Origin: Octopus bimaculoides
Taxonomy: Eukaryota
Direction: 5' to 3'
Assembly (NCBI RefSeq): GCF_001194135.2
Contig: NC_068983.1
Span: forward strand, 80,819,680-80,882,382
DNA length: 62,703 bases
In this document: positions 12,081 to 24,854 of the stretch, piece after piece
Numbering within the stretch: position 1 is the first letter of the stretch
Layout of the letters: each line of letters opens with the position of its first letter
The notes under the pieces: generated by a model
Told to the model about the DNA's origin: nothing
The model's database searches: none
Seen by the model: the letters and a program-made list of their open reading frames with translations, nothing else
Position numbers and translations under genes: made by a program

Positions 12081-12199
12081 CAGACACAAAGATACAAACA
12101 TATCTTGAGGTGGACTGTGAAATTCAATGTGTGTATATTTGTGAATATTTGTAGGTACTTGCATTTTGCATGTACTTTTCTGTGGGTATACTCTTTTAC

Positions 12200-12616
12200 T
12201 CTTTTACTTGCTTCAGTCATTTGACTGTGGCCATGCTGGAGCACAGCCTTTATAGTCGAGCAAATCGATGCCAGAGCTTATTCTTTGTAAGCCTAGTACT
12301 TATTCTATCAGTCTCTTTTGCCAAACCGCTAAATTACGGTGACGCAAACACACCAGCATCAGTTGTCAAGCGATGCTGGGGTGACAAATAGACACACAAA
12401 TATATACATACATACATATATACATATATATATACACACATATACATATACAATGGGCTTCTTCCAGTTTCCGTCTCCCAAATCTACTTGCAAGGCTTTG
12501 GTCGGCCCAAGGCTATAGTAAAAGACACTTGCCCAAGGTGCCATGCAGTGGGACTGAATCCGGGACCATATGGTTGGTAAGCAAACTACTTACCACACAG
12601 CCACTCCTGTGCCTAT
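12200..12616 (-). mobile_element. SINE family D, full length
   Basis: Reverse complement of 6215-6625, including head, CORE-like box and tail. Confidence 0.85.
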
Positions 12617-12654
12617 ATGTATGTATAGATATTTTCATTTATTTCACTCAGTAT

Positions 12655-12711
12655 GTTTTGCTGATGAAGGAATAGTTATCAAACTAATCCAGAAATTAAT
12701 CAATCCAAAGC
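12655..12711 (+). ncRNA. Type I hammerhead ribozyme candidate
   Basis: Stem I GUUUUG/CAAAGC; CUGAUGA; stem II GGAAUAGUU-AUCA-AACUAAUCC (8 of 9 pairs); GAAA; stem III AUU/AAU with AAUC loop; AUC cleavage triplet. Positions 10.1/11.1 are A.A rather than G-C. Confidence 0.55.
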
Positions 12712-12876
12712 TATCTGAATTATTCTATGAATTTTTTTGTCAGTCTGCTTTCCTGTTTTCAACGTGTGTATATATGTGGAGTGAATATTTGAAGTGGTTG
12801 GACATATTTGGTGTCTACTTTCAGCATATAGGCATGGTAGCTTCTGTGCCCTTAAGTATAATTGTACCCTATACAA

Positions 12877-12952
<76 letters not shown>

Positions 12953-13036
12953 NNNNNNNNNNNNNNNNNNNNNNNNNNNNNNNNNNNNNNNNNNNNNNNN
13001 NNNNNNNAAAAAAAAAAAAAAAAAAAAAAAAAATAT

Positions 13037-13200
13037 ATACAATGGGCTTTCAATTTCTATCTTTCAAATCCACTCAGAAGGCTTTGACTGGCGAAGGCTA
13101 TAGTAGAAGACACTTACCCAAAGTACCACACAATGGGACTGAACTTGAAACCATGTAGTTGGGAAGCAAACTTCTTACTACACAGCCACACCTATGCCTA
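13037..13200 (-). mobile_element. SINE family D head
   Basis: GGGCTTTCAATTTCT...GCTATAGTAGAAGACACTTACCCAA...CTTCTTACTACACAGCCACACC. Confidence 0.75.
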
Positions 13201-14164
13201 CTGTTGAATAATTTTTAAAAATATTTACATAAATGCAGAAAACGATCTTCTTTACATCTACCAAAATATGCTTCTTATTGTTATCAAAGTTTAAATAGTT
13301 GTCATATAACTCCTCTGTAAGTCCTCTCTGTACGGTCAACTCCTGTTAACACTAAATCATCTAACCCCATGATTCATGTTTCAGGAGAATTGTACTTCGG
13401 AGTGTACCAACCACACACTGTCCATTTTTTTTTACTTCTTTTTATATTGATATTTTTAGAATACATTATGTGATTTCGAAAGTAAAAATATTCATAAATG
13501 CAGTCTCAAAATATGTATTCACAAACATAATTCTACTGATTGACCAAAGATAATATTTTAGGAATGAAAAGAATGGATTTTGAAGTTACTTCAAGTCTAT
13601 GAAAGTGGTGAAAATAATTTGTATAGGCTTAAACACAAGAGCCTCCACTCACTGCCTTCTTAGTTTCTTTGAATGTCTTTTCAATAAGATGGAATGTGTG
13701 TATACATCCAACCATACATAAATAAATACATCCAAAAACATACATCTTAACACATACTCACACACAAACATACACACATATGCACATACACAACACACAC
13801 ACAGAGAAACACAGACAGACAACTCGCACATTATTCTCATTATTTTAATATTTCTTCTTTTTCATCTTGTAATGGTTTGGATGGATCTGCACTATTTTCT
13901 TTCTCCCTTATCTCCTGCCTCTCTCTTGGCATACATACATACATACATACATACATACATACATACATACATACATACATAAGCATGTACATACATACAA
14001 ATATACATACTCACACATACATACCTATATACGTATGTATGTATACATACATGCATACATACATATATAGGTATGTATGTATGCATGCATGCGTGCGTGT
14101 GTGTTTGTGTCTCCTTGCCTTGACATTATATGACAGTAGTGAATTATTGTCACGGTCATTCAAA

Positions 14165-14354
14165 CAATATCATGTCATTAATTTATAATATTCAGTAAGA
14201 ACACATCTGGTCATAGGAAAATATTACTTTACTTGGAAACAGGTGAGGGTTGGCAACAAGAAGACACCCAGCTGTAGAAAAACTGCCTCAACAAAATTCT
14301 ATTTCCACCAAGCGAGCATAGAAAAGTGGATGCTAAACCAGTAATGATGATGAT
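14165..14354 (+). mobile_element. Old RTE-type 3' tail fragment
   Basis: GGTTGGCAACAAGAAGACACCCAGCTGTAGAAA...GAGCATAGAAAAGTGGATG...GATGATGAT. Confidence 0.6.
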
Positions 14355-14510
14355 ACAATGGGCTTCTTTCAATTTCTGTCTACCAAATCCATTCATGAGG
14401 TTTTAGTTGGCCCTGGGCTATAGTAGAAGACATTTGTTCTAGTTGCCATTCACAGTGGCATTGAACCTGGAGCTATGTGGTTGGGAAGTAAACTTCTTAC
14501 CACAGTCATG
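14355..14510 (-). mobile_element. SINE family D head
   Basis: GGGCTTCTTTCAATTTCTGTCTACCAAATCC...CTTCTTACCACAGTCATG. Confidence 0.75.
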
Positions 14511-14522
14511 CATATATGTATA

Positions 14523-14743
14523 CAATAATCCTCGCCATATCGTGGTTCACCTATCATGATTTATAACTTCACTTTATGTTGATTTCTCTGTGGTATTGTT
14601 TTGTATTTATAATAAAATAAATATATATACAAATTATAAAAATAATAAAAAAATATACCGTACAGTACTGTTTCTACTTTGTAGATTTTCACCTTTTGCA
14701 GGGGGTTTTGGAACGTCACCCCCATGATAGTTGAGGGATTATA
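14523..14743. mobile_element. Tigger/pogo-like MITE
   Basis: TA-flanked imperfect TIRs CAATAATCCTCGCCATATCGTGG / CCCATGATAGTTGAGGGATTAT; homologous copy at 60429-60662. Confidence 0.7.
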
Positions 14744-14879
14744 TATATATACACATACATACACACCCACTCACATACACACATACGTACACACATACAC
14801 ACACAAATTAATATGGTATCACACAGTATTTTGGAGGATAATTTCTTATGTAAAGTATACCTGTTGTTTAGTAAAATAA

Positions 14880-15130
14880 CGATTTCTTGGGCCTTACTGT
14901 GAAAAGTAATCAAACTAGTTACACCACAGATTTTATTCCTTCTTTGGCAGAAAATGATAAATCAGTATGAATAGTTTCTACTCTTCGTAAGCCTTCATCG
15001 GGGACAGAAGGTCTTTCTTCTTTTCTTGCAAATATTACTAATACATAGATATTCGTAGAAACTCAGACTCAGTTAAACTTCTCTGTCTAATTTGCATATC
15101 TGTATATACTGAGTTCACGGATAATTAATT
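14880..15130 (-). mobile_element. Possible Penelope-like terminal repeat remnant
   Basis: Minus strand CCCGATGAAGGCTTACGAAGAGTAGAAAC resembles a decayed CTGATGAAGG...GAAAC hammerhead core. Confidence 0.3.
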
Positions 15131-17442
15131 AATAATGTTCTATGCGTCAATTTTTTCATTAATTAAATAATTAAACTGTGCAGAATATTATAATATTGTT
15201 AAAAATACTTATGGTTTTTATTCAATTTTCATAATACTATTTCTATTAATTTTAATTTATTTATATATAATTTACATTCCTACACATTTTTCCAAGAACG
15301 TTTACTTTTCCTAAAGTTGAATGATCAAATCTTTTGATATCTTCATTAGTCTTGCATCTCTATACTAACAAACAAAGAATCAACTGAATAAATAAATAAA
15401 ATGCATAAATTAACCTCTAGAGAACTAAATAACTTAATGTTAAGTTCTCCTTCTTAACACTCACACATTTATTTTAATACTTCACATATTTTAAACTTAA
15501 AAACAAATCGGTACTTTTATTGTCTCAAACATAACTTTATATTTTCAGCAATAATTTTATTGCAGTACAAAGCAATATAAAATTTTCACATATTTTCTGA
15601 TTTTAATGTTCTTTTCATAAAATCAAAAACTGAAATTCTATATCACTTAAAGTTCTGAAATTATAAGCAGCATCTTAAAAATATTTTCTTTTCTATCATT
15701 TTGCATAGTTAATGATATTGCCAACTGTATTCTCTTTATTGCTTGAAACCTTTATAATCAATGTCATTGAGATTACAGGATGCAGTATTCTCAGGGTGAC
15801 CGTAAATAGAAATAAAAGAACTTACTACAATATCTGGATTGGGAAAAAAAGTAAAACTATAAGTAGACAAATGGGTTAATCTATTTGTGTATAAACATTT
15901 CATTAGAATGATCTTCTCTGAAACTTGCAAAGAGAGTATTATGATTCAGATTGGACCAAATATGAAATATGGTTTTTTAAATTTATATATGAACATATAC
16001 TTCCATGGATTGATGAAACCTTTAAATCCAAATGCATGTACATACAAGTAGACAAACAATTTACCAGACAGTTCCTAACAGGATGTGATCTATAAGATGA
16101 AGGGGGAAAAAAATCTGATAACTTGGAAGCTAAATAAAGACTCGCCTAATATTAAATAATCATTCCTCAAAAACTCATATCATCTCAGATTTAAAGAAGA
16201 GTTGGAAATAGGACGTTGAAAGAAAGTTATTACTGCCAAGTGAATACACAATATTGGTGAGAAGGGTTTTTACAGGGAAGTGAAACTGGATTGGAGACTC
16301 ACTTCACCAAGAATTTACCACTGTACTGCACATACGGTCTAAGGTGAGAGAAATTTCTTATGACATAAAACTGTCAATGCAAGAGTTGCATGATTAAAAA
16401 GAGAAGTAATGAGTATTCTAAATTTCTAGCATAAATATTAAATAAGTTTCAAACTTAATGTGGACTAAGGCTTAAAAATAACACCTAAATCATTATCACT
16501 TCTGTCTGTCTACATGTAAACTTAGCTGTAAAAATGATGGTAGGAAAGTTTTGATGGTGGTTGTAGTATTTTGAAGGTGGCAATGATGATGGTGTGTATG
16601 TTAGTAATGATAGTACATGTTATATGTGTCATACCAACATACATAAAACATACACTAAACATACAAACAAACAATTACATATGCTCATAAGATGTAAATT
16701 ACATTTGCAATTTAAAAAGTAAGCCACAATTTGAAGAATAAGTATTTTTTAAAAAATTTACTGTTTAACACATGTCTAATTACATGTCTATGTGAATTAA
16801 ATTTTTTGTGTATGAATCTTCAAATCCTTTTATTAAAAACCAAAGTACATTAGGTAAATTTCAGAAATATAGTTACTTGTCAATCATTCAGATGTTTTTT
16901 TAAAGAATTAAATAAAAACAAGAAATGTAAATTCTAAAGTTAAAATAATTTTCCAGTAATGTTTAATATTTTAATGTTGATTTTCAAATTGAGTTTTGTT
17001 AATTTAAAACTTCACATTCATTATATGAGCCTAGCATTTCAGCCTGTCATTTTGTAAACTATGAATTCATACTTTGAAGAATGTGTTTGCCATTAACTAT
17101 AATAGCTTATATATATANNNNNNNNNNNNNNNNNNNNNNNNNNNNNNNNNNNNNNNNNNNNNNNNNNNNNNNNNNNNNNNNNNNNNNNNNNNNNNNNNNN
17201 NNNNNNNNNNNNNNNNNNNNNNNNNNNNNNNNNNNNNNNNNNNNNNNNNNNNNNNNNNNNNNNNNNNNNNNNNNNNNNNNNNNNNNNNNNNNNNNNNNNN
17301 NNNNNNNNNNNNNNNNNNNNNNNNNNNNNNNNNNNNNNNNNNNNNNNNNNNNNNNNNNNNNNNNNNNNNNNNNNNNNNNNNNNNNNNNNNNNNNNNNNNN
17401 NNNNNNNNNNNNNNNNNNNNNNNNNNNNNNNNNNNNNNNNNN

Positions 17443-17486
<44 letters not shown>

Positions 17487-18325
17487 TGCTTATGTATTTT
17501 AAGGATATATTTGAATGCATATTTCCAATGCAAACACAGATATGACATTTCTACAAATTTAGATATTGCATATAAACGTTTACATCATCATGTCTTCCTT
17601 ACATTATTATTCATCTATGAATAGAGAAGATTTGCTTTTCCAGGAAATATTTGCACAAAACATGAAGCAAGATCATTTAACATTTCTGAGATCATACAAT
17701 TGCTCTTATGTCTTGTACATTGTTAATACTAACTATATACTCTCCTCTGTAGATTATACAATTCTTTATTATTTTATAAAACTTTCTGTGAATTTATACC
17801 ATTTGCATGCTACCTTGATGCTCTTCATACCAAATTTACACAGGTTTTATGATCTCAGAAACATCTTCCATCAGTGATGTAACAATTTAATCTCCAGCGT
17901 CTCCAAGACAGGATCACTATAAGTACATAGAAAATAGTGCTGCATTACACACTTCCCAAGCTGGAAACAACACAATCAAATCTATGCAACTGCTTTGGAT
18001 AAGGGACTTTAGAAATTCTGATGATTTCTCATGGCAGTTTCACATATGATGAAATTCTATTACAATGACTATAACGACTATTTTTAAGACCATAAAATAT
18101 TTCACGTCTGACAAATTTTTACCATCTCTAAAACTTAGATATAATGCACATTGGAATAGTGGATGCACATGCACACGCACACACACACAAGCACAAACAT
18201 ATAGACTCAAGTGTGTGTACACATTACTACTGCTATACTCAAGAATCCTTGCCTGCATCTAAAAGAAGGCTAGGTATGTAGCTGATTGTATGTAACATAT
18301 TATACATCACATATACATACATATA

Positions 18326-18527
18326 TATTTCTTTATTGCCCACAGGGGGCTAAACATAGAGGGGACAAACAAAGAGATTAAGTCGATTACATCGACCCCG
18401 GGTGTATAACTGATACTTATTTAATTGACCCTGAAAGGATGAAAGGTAAAGTTGTTATCGGCAGAATTTGAACTCAGAACGTAATGACAGATAAAATACC
18501 ACTAAGCATTTCACCTGGCGTGCTAAC
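18326..18527 (-). mobile_element. SINE family C, 5'-truncated
   Basis: Matches 11122-11353 but lacks about the first 22 nt, and is fused to the transposase remnant. Confidence 0.85.
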
Positions 18528-19199
18528 AACCAAGATCAAAAAGTTAGCAGACAAAAATGACAGATGGTAATGTGCAGATCCTTCTGAAGTTCCAAATGTT
18601 ATGCATACACAATTTCCTGCAACTGTCATGGTTTTAGGGATTGTCAACAATGAAGGACATGTGATGCCTCCTTCTTTCCACAAGGCCTTCCAGCACCTAC
18701 ATTGAGGTACTGGAAATAATTGTTAAGCTCTGGATAGACAGTATATGCAATGGAAGGCCATATGTGTTTCAGTAAGACTCTGCACTATCACGCATGGCTC
18801 TAGTAACACAGGAATGGATGGCTGAAAATTTTCATGATCACATAACCCTAACATTTGGCCTCTTAATTCCCCAGATCTCAATCCATTGGATTTTTACATG
18901 GGGAGTGTTGTTGAGAAAGAGGTAAATGAACACATCCATAACACCAAAGATTCTTTGAAAGCTGCCATAGTCAGAGTAATGTCTAAAAGGAACTAGGACC
19001 ACTTGATTTGAGCATGTAGATGATTTAGATCTCATATAGAAGCAGTTGTTGAAGCTGAACGTGGGTTTATTGAATAACCTTATAGAAAAGAAGGTTTATT
19101 TTTGTCCTCATAGCATTTTTTGATAAATAAAGTTATTATCTGTTATTATATATGTGTTTTTTTATAAACATAAATCTTTCCTCAAATATCTTACACACC

Positions 19200-19202
<3 letters not shown>
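18528..19202 (+). mobile_element. Tc1/mariner DD37D (maT-type) transposon, 3' half, pseudogenised
   Basis: Translates as QDQK..KNDRW*CADPSEVPNVMHTQFPATVMVLGIV..EGHVMPP; then YVFQ*DSA...W..NSPDLNPLDF (37 residues between the Ds after one 1-nt frameshift correction). Ends in TIR CTCAAATATCTTACACACCCTG followed by TA. Confidence 0.85.
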
Positions 19203-19274
<72 letters not shown>

Positions 19275-19338
19275 GGGTGTGAGAAGTATTGGTATCTAGA
19301 AGACCCACTATATATATATATAAATGCGTGTGTGTGTA

Positions 19339-19373
<35 letters not shown>

Positions 19374-19388
19374 ATTATACATTATATA

Positions 19389-20709
19389 TTAATTTGGAAA
19401 CAAAGTTCTGTTACATTTTTTATATGATCACTTTGAGGGTACTTTTTCAATACTTAGAGTGAAGTGCATAAACTTTACATTTTAATGTGTTTCTGTCTTT
19501 GCAGATCATTTAACACAATAGTGGTAAAAATTTGCACTATATTATTCTTCCAAATGAGTTTAGATCAAACCAATATCAGACAAAATTAGCTCTTCAAAGA
19601 ATATAACCAGCAGGAAATTTAAGTGTCCAGATATGCCAATGATGGCTTGGTTGATTTCTCTTGATACATTTTTCCCTCACAAATTTCTGTCAATCTGAAC
19701 GACCAAGTTTTGTGACTTGAGAATTCACAAAAGAGCTTGATGCAAGTAACACTCCAGCTATAAAATACCCTTTACAAACTAAGAAAAATGCCTAAACTTG
19801 TTATGTGGGTCCTTCAACATCTGACTGCTTCCTCTACTTAAAAAGTTGTTCTGCTAGTGATTGAAGAAGAGAGTTGGTACCAAACCTTTCTTGAACAGAA
19901 TCATCACATCTGATAAAATGTATGTTTTCTACAATCATATCCAACATAAATGACAATAGTAAGTACCCAATTGGGAAAAAGAATCCATCCCAAATGAGGA
20001 CTACAATTAAAATGTTTATGCTATCTGTTTGGTAGGATATGAAGGGTGTCATCTATCATAAGGTGTTAAACCAAAATGACACTGTTAATGTGGAAATGTG
20101 GAAATCATGAGATAGTGAGTTTGGTTCCCGGACTGGGCTGTATGTTGTGTTCTTAAGCAAGACACTTTATTTCACATTGCTCCAATTCACTCATCTGTAG
20201 AAATAAGGTGTAATGTTACTGGTGCCAAGCTGCATCAGCCTTTCCTTTCCCTTGGATAGCATTGGTGATGTGGAGAGGGGAGAGTGGTATGCATGGTCGA
20301 CTGCTGGTCTTACATAACAACAATGCTCAGACTTGTGCTTCAGAGGGGAATTTTCTAGGTGCAATCCCATGGTCATTATTGACCAAAGGGGGTCTTAACA
20401 AAAGTTTTACCACTTCCTCCTTATTCTTCTGACCTTGAACCATCTGATTATCATCTTTTTACATCAATTCAACATTATTTAGAAGGGAAACAATTTATTA
20501 AGTGTGAAGAAATTAAAATGATTTTGACTACTTCTTGGCTTCAAAATCTGAAGAGCTTTACACTCAAGGGATTGAAAATTTGCCAAATAGATGGGATTAC
20601 ATTATCAATAATGAGGGAGAAATGTATGCTGAATAAATCTATCAATTCTGACAAAAGGAATTGTTTCTATCCTGTCTTGAGATGTGACAGGATTTTCTTT
20701 CCAACTTAA
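19389..20709 (+). mobile_element. Mariner (DD34D-type) remnant with both TIRs, interrupted by a SINE
   Basis: TA-flanked 28-bp TIRs with 5 mismatches. Motifs FLNRIITSDK, MLSVW*DMKGVIY and LPPYSSDLEPSDYHLF...IENLPNRWDYII. Confidence 0.8.
20098..20398 (+). mobile_element. CORE-type SINE (long-body subfamily) nested in mariner
   Basis: TTCTTAAGCAAGACACTTTATTTCAC...CTCATCTGTAGAAAT; body homologous to 985-1311. Confidence 0.75.
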
Positions 20710-21884
20710 TATATATATTTATGTGTGTATATTCATGTGTGTGTGTACACATGCACATACACACACAAAGACACACACACACACACACACACACAACTGT
20801 CCTAATGGAAGTAGAAAACTATTTCCACCTCTATGATAATAATGGAATAGAAATTGGAATAGAAGCCTTATTAAACTTCATATATTTTATGAAAGATAAA
20901 ATATATTACATGCATATTAGTGGATCCTCAGGCAAATTCCTTGAGGGTCCGGTGATATATGTTTAAAATTTTATGTAGATGCTACCTGGCTGGCAGAAAT
21001 GTTAGTATGGCTAACAAATTATAATATCTGATTATGTCTCATTGCATTCTGAATCTCACCTAAGTCCACTTTAATTTTCATCTCCTCCAAGCTGATAAAT
21101 AAAAGATCAATGAATAAGACAAGGATTGGGGCCAACAGAATTGATAAGTTTGAGTGAAACGAGTAAAAGAAGAAATGCATCATCATCATCATCATCATCA
21201 TAATTGTTGTTGTCATTTCCATGTTAGCATGGCTTGGGCAAGTTTTCTAGGGGCAATATTTTACAATCAGATGCCCTTTCTATTGCCAACACTTTTAATC
21301 ATTCCTTAGAACATGCAAGAACAAGGTACTTCTATTCTAAAACTGGGATATATGCAATATAATAGCAATACATGAAGAGAGTGAAAGAATATTATATAAA
21401 ACCAAGAAAGTTATAAAAACTTAATGTCTATTTATTTATTTATTTATTTTGTTTTTTGATCATTTATTTTGAGTATTTTGCCTTTGCTACTGCTTTGTAG
21501 TTTACTGGCCAATGATAATGCTATAAAATTATAACACAAACAGTCCATCAGTTCTATCAATTACCCTTAATCTGGTAGAATCTATAAAAGGTAAGGGCAT
21601 TACTCCTTTTTTTCTCGGAATAATCCTCATTGGTTTTTAATATCCATTTTCCATGCATGCAATGAGGTAAATTTTTTACATTTCCATGCCCTTACTGTCA
21701 CTAACTCTTACTTCTTTCCAAACAAGGTAATATTTCCTCATGATTGGATATGCTTTCATGGAAACCTGGAAATGAGGGACACTGCTTGCTTGATAGTAGT
21801 GTTCATTTATAATTAATGCATGATTTAAAGACAAGGAGACACTAACACTGACTGCCTTACACATCCACACACATATATACATAT

Positions 21885-22090
21885 GTGTCCTTGAGCAAGA
21901 CACCTTATTTCATATTGCTCCAGTCCACTCAGCTGGCAAAAATGAGTAGTACCTGTATTTCGAAGGGACAGCCTTGTCACACTCTGTGTCACACTGAATC
22001 TATAGACAATGGGCTTCTTTTAGTTTCTATTTACCAATTTCACTCACAAGGCTTTGGTCCACCTGTGGCCATAGTAGAGAACACTAGACC
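21885..22090. mobile_element. Abutting fragments of a CORE SINE (+) and a SINE family D head (-)
   Basis: CCTTGAGCAAGACACC...CAGCCTTGTCACAC, then GGGCTTCTTTTAGTTTCT...CACAAGGCTTTGGTC. Confidence 0.65.
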
Positions 22091-22144
22091 TAAGTAAACT
22101 AAGTAAGGATGTATATATAAAGATATATAATAAAATATAAATGT

Positions 22145-22389
22145 GCCCTTTTAAAGCCTAGCCACGCTCATGGGCCCGGTTTCCCGGTTTCAATGGCGTA
22201 TGTGTCCCCCAGCTGGACGGGAGTCCAGTCCATCGCAGCGTTACTCATTTTTGCCAGCTGAGTGGACTGGAGCAACGTGAAATGAAGTGTTTTGCTCAAG
22301 AACACAACGTGTCACCCGGTCCAGGAATCGAAACCACAATCTTACGATCATCATGCGGACACCCTAATCACTAAGCCACGAGCCTCCAC
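22145..22389 (-). mobile_element. CORE-type SINE family A, full length
   Basis: Close copy of 121-366. Confidence 0.88.
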
Positions 22390-22794
22390 ATATATAAAGA
22401 TGATATATGTAATTTGTCAGTTTTTTTTTTTTCCAAAGCATCGATAACTATTTGAAACCTCAGTGCTATCAACTCTAACTTACAAGCAGAGATGTATTGA
22501 TACAATATCTCAAAGTTAATATGAACGAAAATGTCTTGAAAGAAAAGTTCAAGGTGTTCTAAGAGTCAACTGTGACCTCGATCAATATAAAATAAAATAT
22601 GCACAATAGAATATATAATAAATAAATAAAACCCAAGTGTCAGGCAGCATATTAGTAGATTTATTTTATGTAATTACAATAAATTTAGTTCTGTTCAATT
22701 AGAAATGAAAGAGGTTCTTCGAAACCATTCCAGTTTTGAATCACTATAAATTTTCAATCAAAGCATATATTTTAATGGATTCTTTGGTTCTAAA

Positions 22795-22802
22795 AGATCA
22801 TC

Positions 22803-22856
<54 letters not shown>

Positions 22857-22912
22857 TTCATCATCCACATCATTGTTGATATTGGTATTATTGTCAATGT
22901 TGTTACTGTTGA

Positions 22913-22983
<71 letters not shown>

Positions 22984-23010
22984 CATCATCACCACTATCA
23001 CTATTATTAT
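22795..23010. repeat. Compound trinucleotide microsatellite (CAT)n / (TAT)n
   Basis: Directly visible. Confidence 0.95.
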
Positions 23011-23200
23011 ACCTTTACAAACTTGGTTATCTGTGAAATATTAAAAGTTCCTGTCAGGTAAGTTCACTTAAGGACACCTTTCATCAACATTTGAAACAGC
23101 GAGAACAATTCTTTGCTGCAGTTGAAGATTGGTTCCAGTGATATCAACTCCATTAGACTTTGGACACATTTGAAATTGTAATAGTTCTTACTTTCTCTTC

Positions 23201-23235
<35 letters not shown>

Positions 23236-23245
23236 NNNNNNNNNN

Positions 23246-23281
<36 letters not shown>

Positions 23282-24034
23282 CACATACATACACACATAT
23301 ATATATTTATATATACATATATGTATATATAAAATATAAAAGTATCTGTATCTGTATGTATATATAGATATATATAAATAAATATATGTGTGTGTGTTTA
23401 ATGTATGTATGTATGTATATATATATAAACACACGCACACACACACATATGTACTGACAATAATCTGAAAGATTCATGCCAGAAGTTTAATGTGGTCTGT
23501 TAGAAATAAATATCCCTAAAATGGAAAGAAAGCAGGCATTAACTTTTTAAGTGGTCTCTTTGATAAAAAAAATAATAATGAAACAGTTCCAAGTAATAAC
23601 TTTTTCAAGAACTTTTGCACATACATGCCCAAATTTTTTTACATACACTCAAATACTTGCATCTTGGAAGAACAGGTAATTCAAAGGCATGCAGGAGCTA
23701 AATGCCATCTATGTACGTCAGCAAGTCAAACATTCAGAATGAAAAGGGTGGATGGTAGAATAACAAATAAATATTATATATGAGTAATGGAAGCCATTTC
23801 TAAGAAAGTGTTGGAAGTTGATTCTTTTAGAAGGCAATATGTTGTTTCCTAGGCTCTAGAATTTTTCTCTTGGTCATGTGAATGTCGTTCGAGTAAGATC
23901 AACCCAATCCATATTTTATCATGATTATTTGTTATTTTGTGCAAGTAAAATCAACTGCTTTGTTCAGGGAAATGAAGAGATACTTAAGAAGTAAAAATCT
24001 CTCGGAATTCAAGCTAAGAAAAATACAGCTTATA

Positions 24035-24730
24035 AACTAACCAAAGAATACTATGGGACATAACCAAATATTTTAGCCATAATTACATTAACAAATTAAT
24101 TAAATAAATTAAGTTTTTTCTAAGTGCATGAGACAGTCATAAACATCTGTCATGTTTTATTATATAAGTTCACCCAGGACACAGAGGGATGAACAAGATA
24201 CCACCATTTTTGGCTAATTATACCACCACCAGCAGTTGAATACCTTACATGTTATAGCCACTGCAAAATTGTACTTAAATTTACTGTTGTTGCACTTATA
24301 GCTACATCAAACTGATTTGCACATTAGGTACATTTTTGGCTCTTAATTCTATGAATGACATGCCAGTAAAATATATTTTTTTAAACTAAAGATTACTATG
24401 GAGTATACTCAAAAATTTTAGCTGTCACTGAATTTGTAAATTAATTAAATAAATTGATTAAATTTGCTTGATACATAAGACAGTTATAAACATCTGTCAT
24501 GTTTTATCATACAACTACTACACAATGAATTTTCATCCACAATTAAATACCCTTGTCTGTAAATATACATTCTTTGACATACTAAATGGATTTGAAAGCA
24601 AAGAACCTGAGTAATTTTTTATGTTTATTTACTGTTGCACATGAAATATAATAAAATATATTGGATGATATCTTTTTTGTTTCTTGGGGTCACTTATTTT
24701 CCTTAGATTTAAATTTTATAAAATCGCATG
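24035..24730. repeat. Ancient tandem duplication, period about 345-348 bp
   Basis: Collinear blocks AAATTAATTAAATAAATT (24093/24438), AAACATCTGTCATGTTTTAT (24141/24488) and ATTTACTGTTG (24279/24627). Confidence 0.8.
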
Positions 24731-24854
24731 CAAATTATGATTATATGGTAACATAGTAAAATATTTGAATAGTGGATCTTATTCCAGGTAGAATTTATGT
24801 GGGTAACTAGTTACTACCTGTAACCTTAAATATCTGTGAGCTTCCAAAAATTTT

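Noticed and set aside
15826-15833. Minus-strand 8-nt microexon-like ATATTGTA with good acceptor and donor
   Set aside because: Not frame-preserving and has no partner exons; such hits occur by chance.
22873-23061. Poly-Leu/His ORF with a consensus donor CAG/gtaagt at 23057
   Set aside because: Trinucleotide microsatellite, with no suitable upstream acceptor.
23610-23675. 66-nt open phase 1-1 exon-like segment
   Set aside because: The peptide (LLHIHAQIFLHTLKYLHL) looks like translated AT-rich intron, and the donor is moderate.
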